DNA from: a virus
Lineage: Duplodnaviria > Caudoviricetes
DNA length: 64,000 nucleotides
Virus record (IMG/VR): IMGVR_UViG_3300043473_000169
Span: 624 to 64,623 of that record
Reading direction: 5' to 3' (one strand)
Translations under genes and position numbers: made by a program
In this document: positions 26,956 to 35,927 of the stretch, piece by piece
Position numbering within the stretch: the stretch's first letter is position 1
Layout: every line of letters starts with the position of its first letter
Notes under the pieces: model-generated
The model's input: the letters and a program-made list of their open reading frames with translations, nothing else
Databases searched by the model: none
Told to the model about the DNA's origin: nothing

Positions 26956-27525
26956 ATGGCAACTGACGACAATAAGAACAAGAAGTTGAACCTGATCCGG
27001 GTTCAGGACGGTGGGCGCGTCTGGCTGAGGGAGCACACCAAAAGCAGTTTTGCTTTCGATATCGTGGCCCCGCTATTCATACTGCGAATGTGGCCGGGGA
27101 GGCAGGTCAAGGGTCAGTTCGACCTCACCACGGGTTTCAACATCCCCGACAACGACGGGCTGTGGGGACCCAACGACGAGTTCATACGCTTTAACAAGAC
27201 CGCGGTCCGTAACATCTTCCGCGACCACATGTTGGTGTCACGCCGAACGTTTGATCAGCTGATTGATATGGGCGTGGCATGGGAGGTAGCTTACAATGTT
27301 CTGCCACTGGCCACATACAGCCAGCGCATGATCGCCATGAAGCCACCGGATGTTTACGAATTAGCCAAGCTCAGCAGCCGTGAACCCCCACAGGCACCCC
27401 TGCGAGTGTACGCCAAGGCCACGTTGCAGTTGGCGTGGGAGACGATGCCCAACACCATTGACGAATTTGTAAAGGAGATATGGCCGAGGGGCGACTGGCC
27501 CGTGTTCGACCTGATCGTAGAATGA
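26956..27525 (+). CDS. Degenerate ThyX (Thy1)-like protein
   Basis: 'FAFDIVAPLFILR' and 'LIDMGVAWEVAYNVLPLATYS...PQAPLRVYAKA......P' follow the ThyX layout, but the RHR-x7-S motif is absent. Start at 26956 after GGAG. Confidence 0.55.
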   Translation: MATDDNKNKKLNLIRVQDGGRVWLREHTKSSFAFDIVAPLFILRMWPGRQVKGQFDLTTGFNIPDNDGLWGPNDEFIRFNKTAVRNIFRDHMLVSRRTFDQLIDMGVAWEVAYNVLPLATYSQRMIAMKPPDVYELAKLSSREPPQAPLRVYAKATLQLAWETMPNTIDEFVKEIWPRGDWPVFDLIVE

Positions 27526-27980
27526 AAAAGTCCAACGCAGTCAAACGGCTAGAAGCCTTGTTCAAGGACGAGCGCAACCCGCGCTGGAAAATGGACCTGA
27601 GCTACTTTCAGCCGGTGTCTGCGGGGCGCTGCGTCTGCCACTTGTCGCCGGTGGCCACCAAATTTCTGATTGACAACCTGTGCGGGCGGCACTCGAAGAA
27701 CCCGGCTTTCATCCTGATCGAGCCTGAGGGGGACGTGAGACTTGGTGGCATTCAAGTGTTTGAGGATTGGCTGCTGGCTGTCAAGGTCGCGCTCGACGAA
27801 GGCGTGTACATCTACAACGCCCGCTCCAAGCGGTGCTGCCGCCCGGTCTGGTCCGTGGTCGATATTGAAGACCGCAGCTTTGTTAACATGACGTACGAGG
27901 CCGTTCGTCTCATACCCGATCAAGATACCTACGACAAAGAATTGCCGACAGTTCGCACCCGGCTGTTCGCACTGGAGTAA
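27522..27980 (+). CDS. Hypothetical protein
   Basis: Start MKKSNA at 27522; ATGA overlap. Confidence 0.65.
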   Translation: MKKSNAVKRLEALFKDERNPRWKMDLSYFQPVSAGRCVCHLSPVATKFLIDNLCGRHSKNPAFILIEPEGDVRLGGIQVFEDWLLAVKVALDEGVYIYNARSKRCCRPVWSVVDIEDRSFVNMTYEAVRLIPDQDTYDKELPTVRTRLFALE

Positions 27981-27982
27981 CA

Positions 27983-28156
27983 ATGGAAGTTCAAGTATTA
28001 GTGCCCTATCGAGTGGGCATGAATGAAGAGAAAGAGGTGCTGCTTGACCTCGGCATCTCGACCCGGTACATGGTGTTGAGGCCTGAGGAGGCGATCCAAC
28101 TTGCGGAGTGGTTGATCAAGTATGCCAAGAAGGCTTTAGGCCAGAAGGATAACTAA
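27983..28156 (+). CDS. Small hypothetical protein (not in the ORF track)
   Basis: My translation: MEVQVLVPYRVG...LRPEEAIQLAEWLIKYAKKALGQKDN, 57 aa; GGAG RBS. Confidence 0.6.
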   Translation: MEVQVLVPYRVGMNEEKEVLLDLGISTRYMVLRPEEAIQLAEWLIKYAKKALGQKDN

Positions 28157-28157
28157 A

Positions 28158-28394
28158 ATGAGCGCGACACTGATGGCGATGATGGACAAGCGGCGCAAAC
28201 ACCTCGAGGATGAACTGGTGCGGGTGGCACAAGAACTGGCTGAATGCACCAACTGTGGAGCTTACATCGTCCCATACAAGCGGCCCGAGGACCGGGGCTT
28301 TCATACACGGTTCATCGCGGTGGGCTCCGTCAATTCAATCATGGGCCTGTTGACTCAGGCCAATCAAGACGTAGTAAAAGGAAAATTCCGATGA
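28158..28394 (+). CDS. Hypothetical protein with CxxC
   Basis: 78 aa in tandem. Confidence 0.55.
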   Translation: MSATLMAMMDKRRKHLEDELVRVAQELAECTNCGAYIVPYKRPEDRGFHTRFIAVGSVNSIMGLLTQANQDVVKGKFR

Positions 28395-28567
28395 CCGCTG
28401 AAAGACTTATGGTCCTCGCGGCGTTCATCCGTTCACAGGCCAACCTCACCGATAAGCACCCGCACACGCCGGGACCCGGTGAGGTGAAGCTTAACCACGA
28501 CGAGGCGATCGAAGTAGCTGATTGCCTTGACCAACTTTACGATCTTTTCTATAGGGATAATTCATGA
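28391..28567 (+). CDS. Hypothetical protein
   Basis: ATGA overlaps on both sides. Confidence 0.5.
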   Translation: MTAERLMVLAAFIRSQANLTDKHPHTPGPGEVKLNHDEAIEVADCLDQLYDLFYRDNS

Positions 28568-29277
28568 ATCCAGTAGTGTTAGACACCGAGACCACCGGCT
28601 TTGTGAAGCCAGTCGTGCCGGTGCAAGTGTGCATGATCGAGCTTGAAGGCGACGATCCCCGCAGCTTCTTGGTCGGTGAAATGTGGGAACGTGATTTCAA
28701 CCCGGGGAAGGAGATTGAGTATGGGGCTATGTCGACGCATTTTATTTCCAACGAAGTCGCGGCCACATATCCGGATTGGGACCCCGCTGTATTACCGGAT
28801 GTTGATATGTACATCGGTCACTCGATTGACTATGATTGGGAAGCTGTCGGCTCGCCCCCAAACGTGCGGCGCGTGTGCACTTACGCCATGTCGAAAAGGG
28901 CTTGGCCGGATCTTGACTCACATAAGCTGGGAGCCATACTTGTATATTTGCTGGGGGCTGACAAAGCTTTCCCCATGCTCAAGAACGCGCATCAGGCCAA
29001 CGTCGACGCAACCAACACGCTGGAGCTAGTGAAAGCACTGGCCCGGGAGTGGGCAATCTCGTCGTGGGATGAGTTATGGGAGATCTCGGAAGTGTGCCGC
29101 ATGCCCGAGACCATGCAATTCGGGAAGTATGGCCCCGACAAGAACAAGGGCTACAAAGGCATGCCGCTGGACGAGATGATCAAGAAGGACTCTTCTTACG
29201 TCAAGTGGGTCCTGAACCTCGACGATCTGGACCCATACCTGCGCAAGGCGATCGTGGCTGCACAGGAGGCCGCATGA
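28564..29277 (+). CDS. DEDDh 3'-5' exonuclease (DnaQ/ExoX-like)
   Basis: ExoI 'VLDTETTG', ExoII 'GHSIDYD', ExoIII 'AHQANVD'; C-terminal 'MQFGKY..KG'. Confidence 0.85.
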   Translation: MNPVVLDTETTGFVKPVVPVQVCMIELEGDDPRSFLVGEMWERDFNPGKEIEYGAMSTHFISNEVAATYPDWDPAVLPDVDMYIGHSIDYDWEAVGSPPNVRRVCTYAMSKRAWPDLDSHKLGAILVYLLGADKAFPMLKNAHQANVDATNTLELVKALAREWAISSWDELWEISEVCRMPETMQFGKYGPDKNKGYKGMPLDEMIKKDSSYVKWVLNLDDLDPYLRKAIVAAQEAA

Positions 29278-29474
29278 AAGAAGTGTGGCCGGGAATGTAT
29301 CAGGCGGATCTTAAACCGGGCATGCGACCCGAAACGGGCATGCAGTTTTGCTACTACTGCCGCACGGGGCAGCGCCGAGCGGGGCCCTATGGTTACTGCG
29401 GCTGCTGCAATCCCCGGTGCCCCTATCCGGTTGGGATGAGTAACGCTGAGGAGAAGGCACTTGAAAGGTTTTAG
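29274..29474 (+). CDS. Cys-rich small protein
   Basis: CYYC...CGCCNPRCP; GGAGG RBS. Confidence 0.55.
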   Translation: MKEVWPGMYQADLKPGMRPETGMQFCYYCRTGQRRAGPYGYCGCCNPRCPYPVGMSNAEEKALERF

Positions 29475-29706
29475 GTTTGTATCATTCGGGGCTGATGGGC
29501 AGGAAAACCCGATCGACGATAAGGATATCGAAGACGCTATAGCTGTGGTGCTGCGCGCCCAAGGGGTGCCCTTGAACCGGGCTAGCGGCGGCTTCGTGAC
29601 CATCACGGGAGGCCCGATCGCGCTCGCCGTGGTACACCAGCTTAGTACACTCCCACGGTACCGGGGGATCCGGATCGACGCAATCGAGTCGGACGAAATC
29701 CATTGA
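29461..29706 (+). CDS. Hypothetical protein
   Basis: 81 aa overlapping the previous gene. Confidence 0.5.
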   Translation: MKGFRFVSFGADGQENPIDDKDIEDAIAVVLRAQGVPLNRASGGFVTITGGPIALAVVHQLSTLPRYRGIRIDAIESDEIH

Positions 29707-29733
29707 CAGAGGGAGACTCAGGTGTGCTATAAT
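29703..29733 (+). promoter_or_regulatory. Sigma70 promoter
   Basis: TTGACA-19 nt-TATAAT with extended -10 TG. Confidence 0.65.
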
Positions 29734-29740
29734 CGCGCCC

Positions 29741-29950
29741 ATGAAGGCACTCATGGTCCATTGCGGCACTTGCAGCACGGCTCGCCCGTTAAAGGCGATC
29801 CTTGTCCGCTGGTTGGACGAAGACCGGGGTTGGCGGAGCTTGGTTGTTGCAGCCGTTTCCGAGGAAGCGGCACGCGACAGCGTGGAGGAGATCCTTGGAT
29901 TCGTCCCATTTGAAACCCGGACCGTTGGTACAGCCGTACACGCGATCTGA
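29741..29950 (+). CDS. Hypothetical protein with CxxC
   Basis: 69 aa directly after the promoter (nearly leaderless). Confidence 0.45.
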   Translation: MKALMVHCGTCSTARPLKAILVRWLDEDRGWRSLVVAAVSEEAARDSVEEILGFVPFETRTVGTAVHAI

Positions 29951-30323
29951 GGCGGAGTTCAATGCCGATCTGCGTGAGACTCTGAAAGTACAGGGCCTCG
30001 GGGCACTTCATATCCGCGAGACGGATAACCCCGGGGCCTTTGACTTACTCATAACCTTGGCCCGCCCCGGCTGGCCCCCCACAACGCTGTGGGCAGAATT
30101 AAAAGTCCTCGATGAAGAACTGCGTACCTCACAGCGCACCTTCAATAACGAGCGCTTAAAATTGAGTGAAATGACGCTGGTCATGCGCTTACGCGGTGAT
30201 CGTGCCGTTGAGATTCGTAGTGGCTCTGACTTCAAGAGCTACAAGACGATAGCTGATTTCCGCAAACACAAGTGGGCGGATACGTTGGAGAAGTTGTTAG
30301 AAGAGTTCTACAGTGAATTATAA
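29802..30323 (+). CDS. VRR-NUC / PD-(D/E)xK nuclease (resolvase-like); true start probably near 29925
   Basis: 'EAEFN.DL...L......IRET.NPG.FDL......WAELK....LR.SQ'. Confidence 0.75.
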   Translation: MSAGWTKTGVGGAWLLQPFPRKRHATAWRRSLDSSHLKPGPLVQPYTRSEAEFNADLRETLKVQGLGALHIRETDNPGAFDLLITLARPGWPPTTLWAELKVLDEELRTSQRTFNNERLKLSEMTLVMRLRGDRAVEIRSGSDFKSYKTIADFRKHKWADTLEKLLEEFYSEL

Positions 30324-30335
30324 CGGAGATCTATA

Positions 30336-30974
30336 ATGGCCTTGAAAACAAAAGTAAGATCCGATCAGATTGTGTCCAGAGAGGATGGCGTGATTGAGTG
30401 GATAACCGATGCGGGCAAAATGATGAAAACGCCCGAAGCGGCTGTTCAGGTTGTGGAGACGGCCCCTGCGGAGGAAGAAGCCCCCGCAGAAGAACCGGCC
30501 CCTGAACCTGTCCCCCCTCCACCGAAAAAGGAAAAAGCCGTAAAGACGGCAACTAAGGCCGTAAAGGCGGCCCCCACCCCCGCTGCACCGGTCAGCACAG
30601 TTCAGAAAACCCCGAAGGCTGTTCAGCCTTCAAAACCCGTGAAGGAGAAGATTGTGGCGAAGGCAAAAGCAAAAGCGACGAAAGTGGCCGGTGTTCGTAC
30701 CATCGGTGGCAAGGAAGTGGACCTGTCGAAGTACAACAAGGTGAAGGCTGCCGGTGGCGGCGTGTCGTACAATAACGGCGACGCGACGGCCAAGAAGCTC
30801 GAAGGCAAGACCCTTGACGATGTGTACAAGATCGTGGCCAAGGACACCAAGCAGGACGAGAAGGAGCTTCGTGCCAAGTACAAGCACCTGAATGTCGGCA
30901 TGCAGCGCATGGCGCTGGGCAACATGCACCGCAAGGGCCCGCGTACTGAAAAGGAGAAGAAAAAGGCGGCCTGA
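30336..30974 (+). CDS. Lys/Ala/Pro-rich protein with a C-terminal 'HLN' domain, paralogue 3
   Basis: 'VDLSKY..VK......NNGD..AK.L...TLDDVY...KYKHLNVGMQRMALGN' is very close to 16939-17268. Confidence 0.8.
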   Translation: MALKTKVRSDQIVSREDGVIEWITDAGKMMKTPEAAVQVVETAPAEEEAPAEEPAPEPVPPPPKKEKAVKTATKAVKAAPTPAAPVSTVQKTPKAVQPSKPVKEKIVAKAKAKATKVAGVRTIGGKEVDLSKYNKVKAAGGGVSYNNGDATAKKLEGKTLDDVYKIVAKDTKQDEKELRAKYKHLNVGMQRMALGNMHRKGPRTEKEKKKAA

Positions 30975-31055
30975 ACCCCACCCATTGATGCGATCAATTC
31001 ACCCTCGTCGCTGGGACTAACGGCGGCGGGGGCGATTCTATAAAGGATAACTGTC

Positions 31056-31394
31056 ATGAAAGTTCGATACCAGAGACGTAACAACGTCATCTTAGATGTA
31101 CGCTCAGTGCAGGACCGCACGAACGGCGAAACCGTGGACCCGATCGAACCCCCACGTGTGTTTAAGTCAATTAACGGAGCCAAGCGGGAGTCGGTTCTGT
31201 TGCAGAAGAAGTATGGTGCGGGATGCCTGCGGGTTGACAAGGATGCCCCGCCCCTCTACCCCTCAAGACTGGCCTACCACAAGAAGACGGACGTGACCAA
31301 AAAACCCTCCGTAACAGCCAGTCCCCGCAAGATGCGGTTAGGTGATGCTCTGGCGATGGTGGCAGCGGCGATCGTCGAGAGCCATGGACAGTGA
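31056..31394 (+). CDS. Basic hypothetical protein
   Basis: 112 aa with 'VFKSINGAKRES'. Confidence 0.65.
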   Translation: MKVRYQRRNNVILDVRSVQDRTNGETVDPIEPPRVFKSINGAKRESVLLQKKYGAGCLRVDKDAPPLYPSRLAYHKKTDVTKKPSVTASPRKMRLGDALAMVAAAIVESHGQ

Positions 31395-32992
31395 GCGTCG
31401 AACAAGAAGATATTGACCGGTTTTTAACGCTGTACAGGGGGAACCCGCGCTCATTCGGCGTGTTCAACCCCAATTCACGTACGCGAATGACAACGGTAAA
31501 GACTCAATATACCGATGAACACGTGCGGTCCCATCTGGAAGGTGAGTTGGGTCTCGGGATGGTTCCCATCCTCGACGACGCTACTTGCTGGTGGGCTGCG
31601 CTGGACATTGACGTTCATGGACCCAACAAGGCGGAGGTGGATTTAATAGCGATCGAGCAGAAGGTGACACGGTCCTCGTTGCCGCTGGTCGTGTGCCGCA
31701 GCAAGTCGGGCGGGGCCCATTGCTACCTGTTCTTGAAGGAAGCAACGGCGGTGGTCACGGTGCGGGCAATGCTCACCCGGTGGGCCGCAGCCCTTGGCCA
31801 CCCTCAGTGCGAAATCTTTCCCAAGCAAGTGACGCTGGACCCACCCAAGGGGGAGGCGGAGCGCCCGTTAGGCAACTGGATCAACCTGCCCTATTACGAC
31901 GCTGAGAAAACCGAGCGGTGGGCCATCGACGGCGGCAAGCAGGTGACGTTTGAGTATTTCTTGGAGCTTGCCGAGGGGCGACGCACCACCATCGAGGATT
32001 TTGCTGATCAGGCGATTGATGACTACATGAACGGGCCGCCCTGCCTACAACGCATGCTCGATGAGAAGGTGGAAGAGGGCAGCCGCAATACGGCCATGTA
32101 TCAAGCCGCGGTATACCTTAAGCGTGCCTTCCCCGAAGGCTGGCGCGAGAAGGCGGGGGAGTTCAATCGCGGGGCCATGACCACCCCGCTCGACAACCGT
32201 GAATTCCGGATCATCTGCAATTCGGTCAACAAGAAGGATTATCAGTACAAGTGCCGGGAAGAGCCGTGCCGGACCATGTGCAATCGGGAGCTTTGCAAGA
32301 CCCGTGAGTTTGGCATCACCGACGGCGACAGCGCGGCGAACGAGATACCCCTGTTCGAGAACGTGCAGAAAGTGATTGCGACCCCCATCCGCTGGGTACT
32401 GACCGTAAAAGGTAAAGTTATCGAGGTGACCACCCCTGAACTCTTTAACTATGAGATAGTTCGCCAGCGGGTGGGGGAGAAGCTGCACATAGTCCTGCCC
32501 CGCATCAAGAACCCGGAGTGGGATCAATACCTGCGCGAAATCATGAAAAAGGTGGAGACGCGCCATGAAACAACGCTCGAAGACCAAGTCTACTCCAAGC
32601 TCTGTGAATTCCTCAGGCGCAGTCGCACGGATAAGAAACGTCCCGAAAATGACAGGCGCGACGACCTCAGAAGAGGCGTTGCAACGATTATCTCTATCGA
32701 TCGTGCGCCAACTTTTGAAGGAGGCACGCTCAAGAGACCGGAAAAGGGGAACGAAACTTGGTTTTACGCCTTCCGAATGGACAACTTTACTGAGTATCTT
32801 CGGAAAAAGAAAGCCCTCCCGTGCCCGGAACACCAGATCCCTACAATACTGTACCGTGTGTTGGGGGAGGATGCAAAGCGGGACAAGATACGTGTGGGGG
32901 ACGGAAAACGTATCGGGAATGTGTGGTGCGTGCCAGAAGAGAATGTCGAGAGTGAAGAAGTCCCAGTCAAAATCTTCCAACAGGAGTACTAA
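31391..32992 (+). CDS. Archaeo-eukaryotic primase (TOTE-associated AEP type) with a PriCT-like domain
   Basis: Motif I 'ALDID', motif II 'RSKSGGAH', 'EIFPKQ', 'GNWINLPY'; then 'CLQ....EG.RN', 'YKC.EEPC...CNRELC'. Confidence 0.85.
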   Translation: MSVEQEDIDRFLTLYRGNPRSFGVFNPNSRTRMTTVKTQYTDEHVRSHLEGELGLGMVPILDDATCWWAALDIDVHGPNKAEVDLIAIEQKVTRSSLPLVVCRSKSGGAHCYLFLKEATAVVTVRAMLTRWAAALGHPQCEIFPKQVTLDPPKGEAERPLGNWINLPYYDAEKTERWAIDGGKQVTFEYFLELAEGRRTTIEDFADQAIDDYMNGPPCLQRMLDEKVEEGSRNTAMYQAAVYLKRAFPEGWREKAGEFNRGAMTTPLDNREFRIICNSVNKKDYQYKCREEPCRTMCNRELCKTREFGITDGDSAANEIPLFENVQKVIATPIRWVLTVKGKVIEVTTPELFNYEIVRQRVGEKLHIVLPRIKNPEWDQYLREIMKKVETRHETTLEDQVYSKLCEFLRRSRTDKKRPENDRRDDLRRGVATIISIDRAPTFEGGTLKRPEKGNETWFYAFRMDNFTEYLRKKKALPCPEHQIPTILYRVLGEDAKRDKIRVGDGKRIGNVWCVPEENVESEEVPVKIFQQEY

Positions 32993-33205
32993 ATGATCCC
33001 GCCCAAAATCAGCCGCGATGAATACAAACGACGGTACGCGGACCGCGTGACCGAAGTGACCGGCATGGACCGCAAAGAGGCTGAATTGTTATTTGATGAC
33101 GGCGACAGCTACGAAAACTACGAAGCAGGCAACTGTTCGATGGAGCCGGAAGAGTCAGCGGACGAGGAAATGTCCTACTGGGATTCTGACGAGGATCCTG
33201 ATTAA
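32993..33205 (+). CDS. Small acidic protein
   Basis: 70 aa with 'PEESADEEMSYW'. Confidence 0.6.
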   Translation: MIPPKISRDEYKRRYADRVTEVTGMDRKEAELLFDDGDSYENYEAGNCSMEPEESADEEMSYWDSDEDPD

Positions 33206-34941
33206 TGGTCAGTACGCAAGTAGATATGGAAAAGCGCAGACTGATCTGCGCCACGACGTCGCGGGAGGAAGGAGCGGTATTGCTCAAGCTTCCGTCGCGG
33301 CGCTGGATGCCTGCTCGCCGGGTATTCATCGTGCCCATGGTCAAGCTTAACATGGTGATGTTGAAGGAGGCCATCGCTGCCAAACGCATCCAGTTTGAGG
33401 AGAGCGTGGTAGCCACAATCCGCCAACTGGCGGTGGACAAGAAAGGTGACCGTCAGTTTCCCAAGTGGTATGTCCACAAGTTGCAGCCCTTTCAGGTTCA
33501 GCGTGAGGCACTGGCCAAGTCGTACAAGAACGACGAGTTCGCGCTGTTCATGAAAATGGGCCGGGGCAAATCGAAGGCGTTCATCGACCTGATGACGGCA
33601 CACTTCTACGAAAAGCGCATTCAGCTGGTCGTGGCAGTCATGCCGCTGTCGGTAACCACGGTGTGGGGCGGGGAGCAGGGGGAGCTAGCCAAACATTCGT
33701 CGATCCCCACCGACGTCATTTATGCCGACTCCAAGTTTGACGCCAGCAAGATCAAGCTCAAGCAGGACCGGTTGTTGTGGATCATGGTTGGGATCGAAAG
33801 CCTGTCGCAGGGCCGCGCCCCGGAGCGCATCATGCCGGTGTTCGACAATTACAAGGTGGGGATGCTGATTGACGAGGCCTCGAGAATTGCTAATCATAAG
33901 ACGATCCGCACCGAGGTGGTCGTGGAAATGGGCCGCAAAGCCGTGATCCGGGGCATTGGCACCGGGACCCCGGCCAAGAAGCGCCTGACCGACCTGTATT
34001 CCCTATTCAACTTCCTGAGTCCCAACATCATCGGCTGCGGCGACTTCTACCCCTTCCGCAATCGTTACTGCATCATGGGAGGATACAAGCGTAAAGAGAT
34101 CGTGGGCTATGACAACGTCGACGAACTGATGCGGCTGATCGAGCCATACACCTACACTTGCGGCAAGGACGAGACCCTGCCCAAGCAGATTTTCATGCAC
34201 CGGGAGGTGGACCTAACCGATGAACAAAGAGAAATCTACCGCAAAATCCGTAAAGCCGAGATTGAGGGGCTCACCATTAAGAACGCTCTATCGAAGGTGC
34301 TGCGGTTGCAACAGGTGGTTGGCGGCTTTTACTCCCTCGACCCCAAGAAAAAAGTCAACCCGATTACAGGCAAAGTTCGTAGCGAAAAGGGCGACGAGGT
34401 GCACTTCCTCCCCGCCCACAAGAACCCGAAGATCTTGGATTTGCACCAAATGCTTGACGAACACGACGGGTCCCCGGTCATTATCTGGGCCCGGTTTTTG
34501 AAGGAGATAGACGACCTGCAGAAGGCCATGTCGGATCACGGCAAGGTGGTGCGGGTCACGGGAGGTTTGACAGGTGACGAACGAATCCGCATTCGGGACG
34601 ACTTCCAAGAGGGCAAATACGACTTTCTGGTTGGTAACGCACAGTCCGGTGGTCTTGGTCTCACCCTCACCCGGTCCCACACCACGGTTTACTATTCAAA
34701 TACTCAATCCGGGGAGGATCGCCTGCAGTCAGAAGACCGGACCCACCGCCACGGGCAGGAAGAGCCTTGCCTGTATATTGATATGATTGCCCGCAAGACC
34801 GTGGACGTGCCAATCTTCGCATCGATGCTGGAAAAGAAAGATCTGGACGTCTACGTGCGCGAAAAGATACGTGCCGCCGGGGGCCAGCCCACCGACGCCG
34901 CAGTTATGGAATACCTCGAACAACTAATGGGTGAAGTATGA
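33205..34941 (+). CDS. SNF2-family (SF2) helicase
   Basis: 'MKMGRGKS' Walker A, 'IDEAS' Walker B, 'TGTP', 'SGGLGLTL', 'QSEDRTHRHGQ'. Confidence 0.9.
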   Translation: MVSTQVDMEKRRLICATTSREEGAVLLKLPSRRWMPARRVFIVPMVKLNMVMLKEAIAAKRIQFEESVVATIRQLAVDKKGDRQFPKWYVHKLQPFQVQREALAKSYKNDEFALFMKMGRGKSKAFIDLMTAHFYEKRIQLVVAVMPLSVTTVWGGEQGELAKHSSIPTDVIYADSKFDASKIKLKQDRLLWIMVGIESLSQGRAPERIMPVFDNYKVGMLIDEASRIANHKTIRTEVVVEMGRKAVIRGIGTGTPAKKRLTDLYSLFNFLSPNIIGCGDFYPFRNRYCIMGGYKRKEIVGYDNVDELMRLIEPYTYTCGKDETLPKQIFMHREVDLTDEQREIYRKIRKAEIEGLTIKNALSKVLRLQQVVGGFYSLDPKKKVNPITGKVRSEKGDEVHFLPAHKNPKILDLHQMLDEHDGSPVIIWARFLKEIDDLQKAMSDHGKVVRVTGGLTGDERIRIRDDFQEGKYDFLVGNAQSGGLGLTLTRSHTTVYYSNTQSGEDRLQSEDRTHRHGQEEPCLYIDMIARKTVDVPIFASMLEKKDLDVYVREKIRAAGGQPTDAAVMEYLEQLMGEV

Positions 34942-35540
34942 CGTGTGGAATGTGTGGCCAAGAACTGTTCAACAAGATGGCGGGCAGCGCTGGGCTCGGT
35001 CAGCTATGGGTATGTATCAACACAAAATGCCCAGACTATTTCGAAAAGGCATTGAGACAGGACACGGCGAAGGCGGCCCCAGCCTACACCTTCACCAACG
35101 ACGGCGAGGCTGCTTTCCCCAACGCCGACGAAGTGCGGTTCGCGACAAGTGGCATAGGCCGTGCCCCGGGAGTGAAGCTGGATAAAGGCAAACCCCCGGT
35201 CTTCACAGAGTTCCTCATGCAGTTTCCGCGCGCAATCAGGATGATAACGCGGGTCGGGGCGAAAGGTACCGAAGCCCCGGGGCACGTGCGCTCGGGCTGG
35301 AAGGCCGTTATTGACGGCTACTTGCGATACTCGGATGCGCAGGCACGGCACCTGATTGACGAAGCGATTTTGGGCGGCGAGGCCCGCCTGCTGGATGAAA
35401 CCGAGGAGGGCACCGACCCAGTTGAAGACTTGATTTGGCAGGCGGCAACGGTCGCATGGAATGATCTTGCGCGGCTTGAACTCCTGATTCGCGAAAACCG
35501 TGCAGCGGCGGAACGACTGGACCCGAGAGCCGCGCCGTGA
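34938..35540 (+). CDS. DUF5664-type dATP/dGTP diphosphohydrolase with an N-terminal zinc ribbon
   Basis: 'GVKLDKGKP...FPRAI......KG....GW......RY.DA..RHL...H/QAA..AWN.LA.LEL'; CGMC...CINTKC at the N-terminus. Confidence 0.75.
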   Translation: MTCGMCGQELFNKMAGSAGLGQLWVCINTKCPDYFEKALRQDTAKAAPAYTFTNDGEAAFPNADEVRFATSGIGRAPGVKLDKGKPPVFTEFLMQFPRAIRMITRVGAKGTEAPGHVRSGWKAVIDGYLRYSDAQARHLIDEAILGGEARLLDETEEGTDPVEDLIWQAATVAWNDLARLELLIRENRAAAERLDPRAAP

Positions 35541-35546
35541 TAAAAT
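35512..35546 (+). promoter_or_regulatory. Putative promoter with an AACGACTGGAC box (copy 4)
   Basis: AACGACTGGACC-17 nt-TAAAAT with extended -10 TG. Confidence 0.6.
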
Positions 35547-35585
35547 GAGCGAGTCGATCTCGATTCTATAAAGGATATCTATAAC

Positions 35586-35927
35586 ATGCAGGATGAAGTT
35601 CAAACTAAACCTAGGGTGTACGTCGTGGAGCAGCAGCCCTTCGACTATTCTCCCGCGCAGGTTTTCGGGGACCCCATCTTTATGGAGGTTCAGAAGCTTG
35701 CACCGGACTCCCCGGGGGCGGGGACGACTTGGAATTCGAAGATCATGCAGCAGATCCGAAGGGAACTCAACCAATACGTCCCGGGGCTGGATTACGTGGT
35801 GCCGACCGGGGCACCCGCCAAACTCGTAGCGGTGGGCGCAGTTCTCAAGGAAAAGGGGCCGACCCACAACATCTTGGGATGGGACGCCAAAACTCAACGT
35901 TATCTCCACTACATACTGGTGCTCTGA
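35586..35927 (+). CDS. Conserved phage replication-module protein
   Basis: 113 aa with 'DYSPA..FG...DYVVPTG.P...W'. Confidence 0.7.
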   Translation: MQDEVQTKPRVYVVEQQPFDYSPAQVFGDPIFMEVQKLAPDSPGAGTTWNSKIMQQIRRELNQYVPGLDYVVPTGAPAKLVAVGAVLKEKGPTHNILGWDAKTQRYLHYILVL

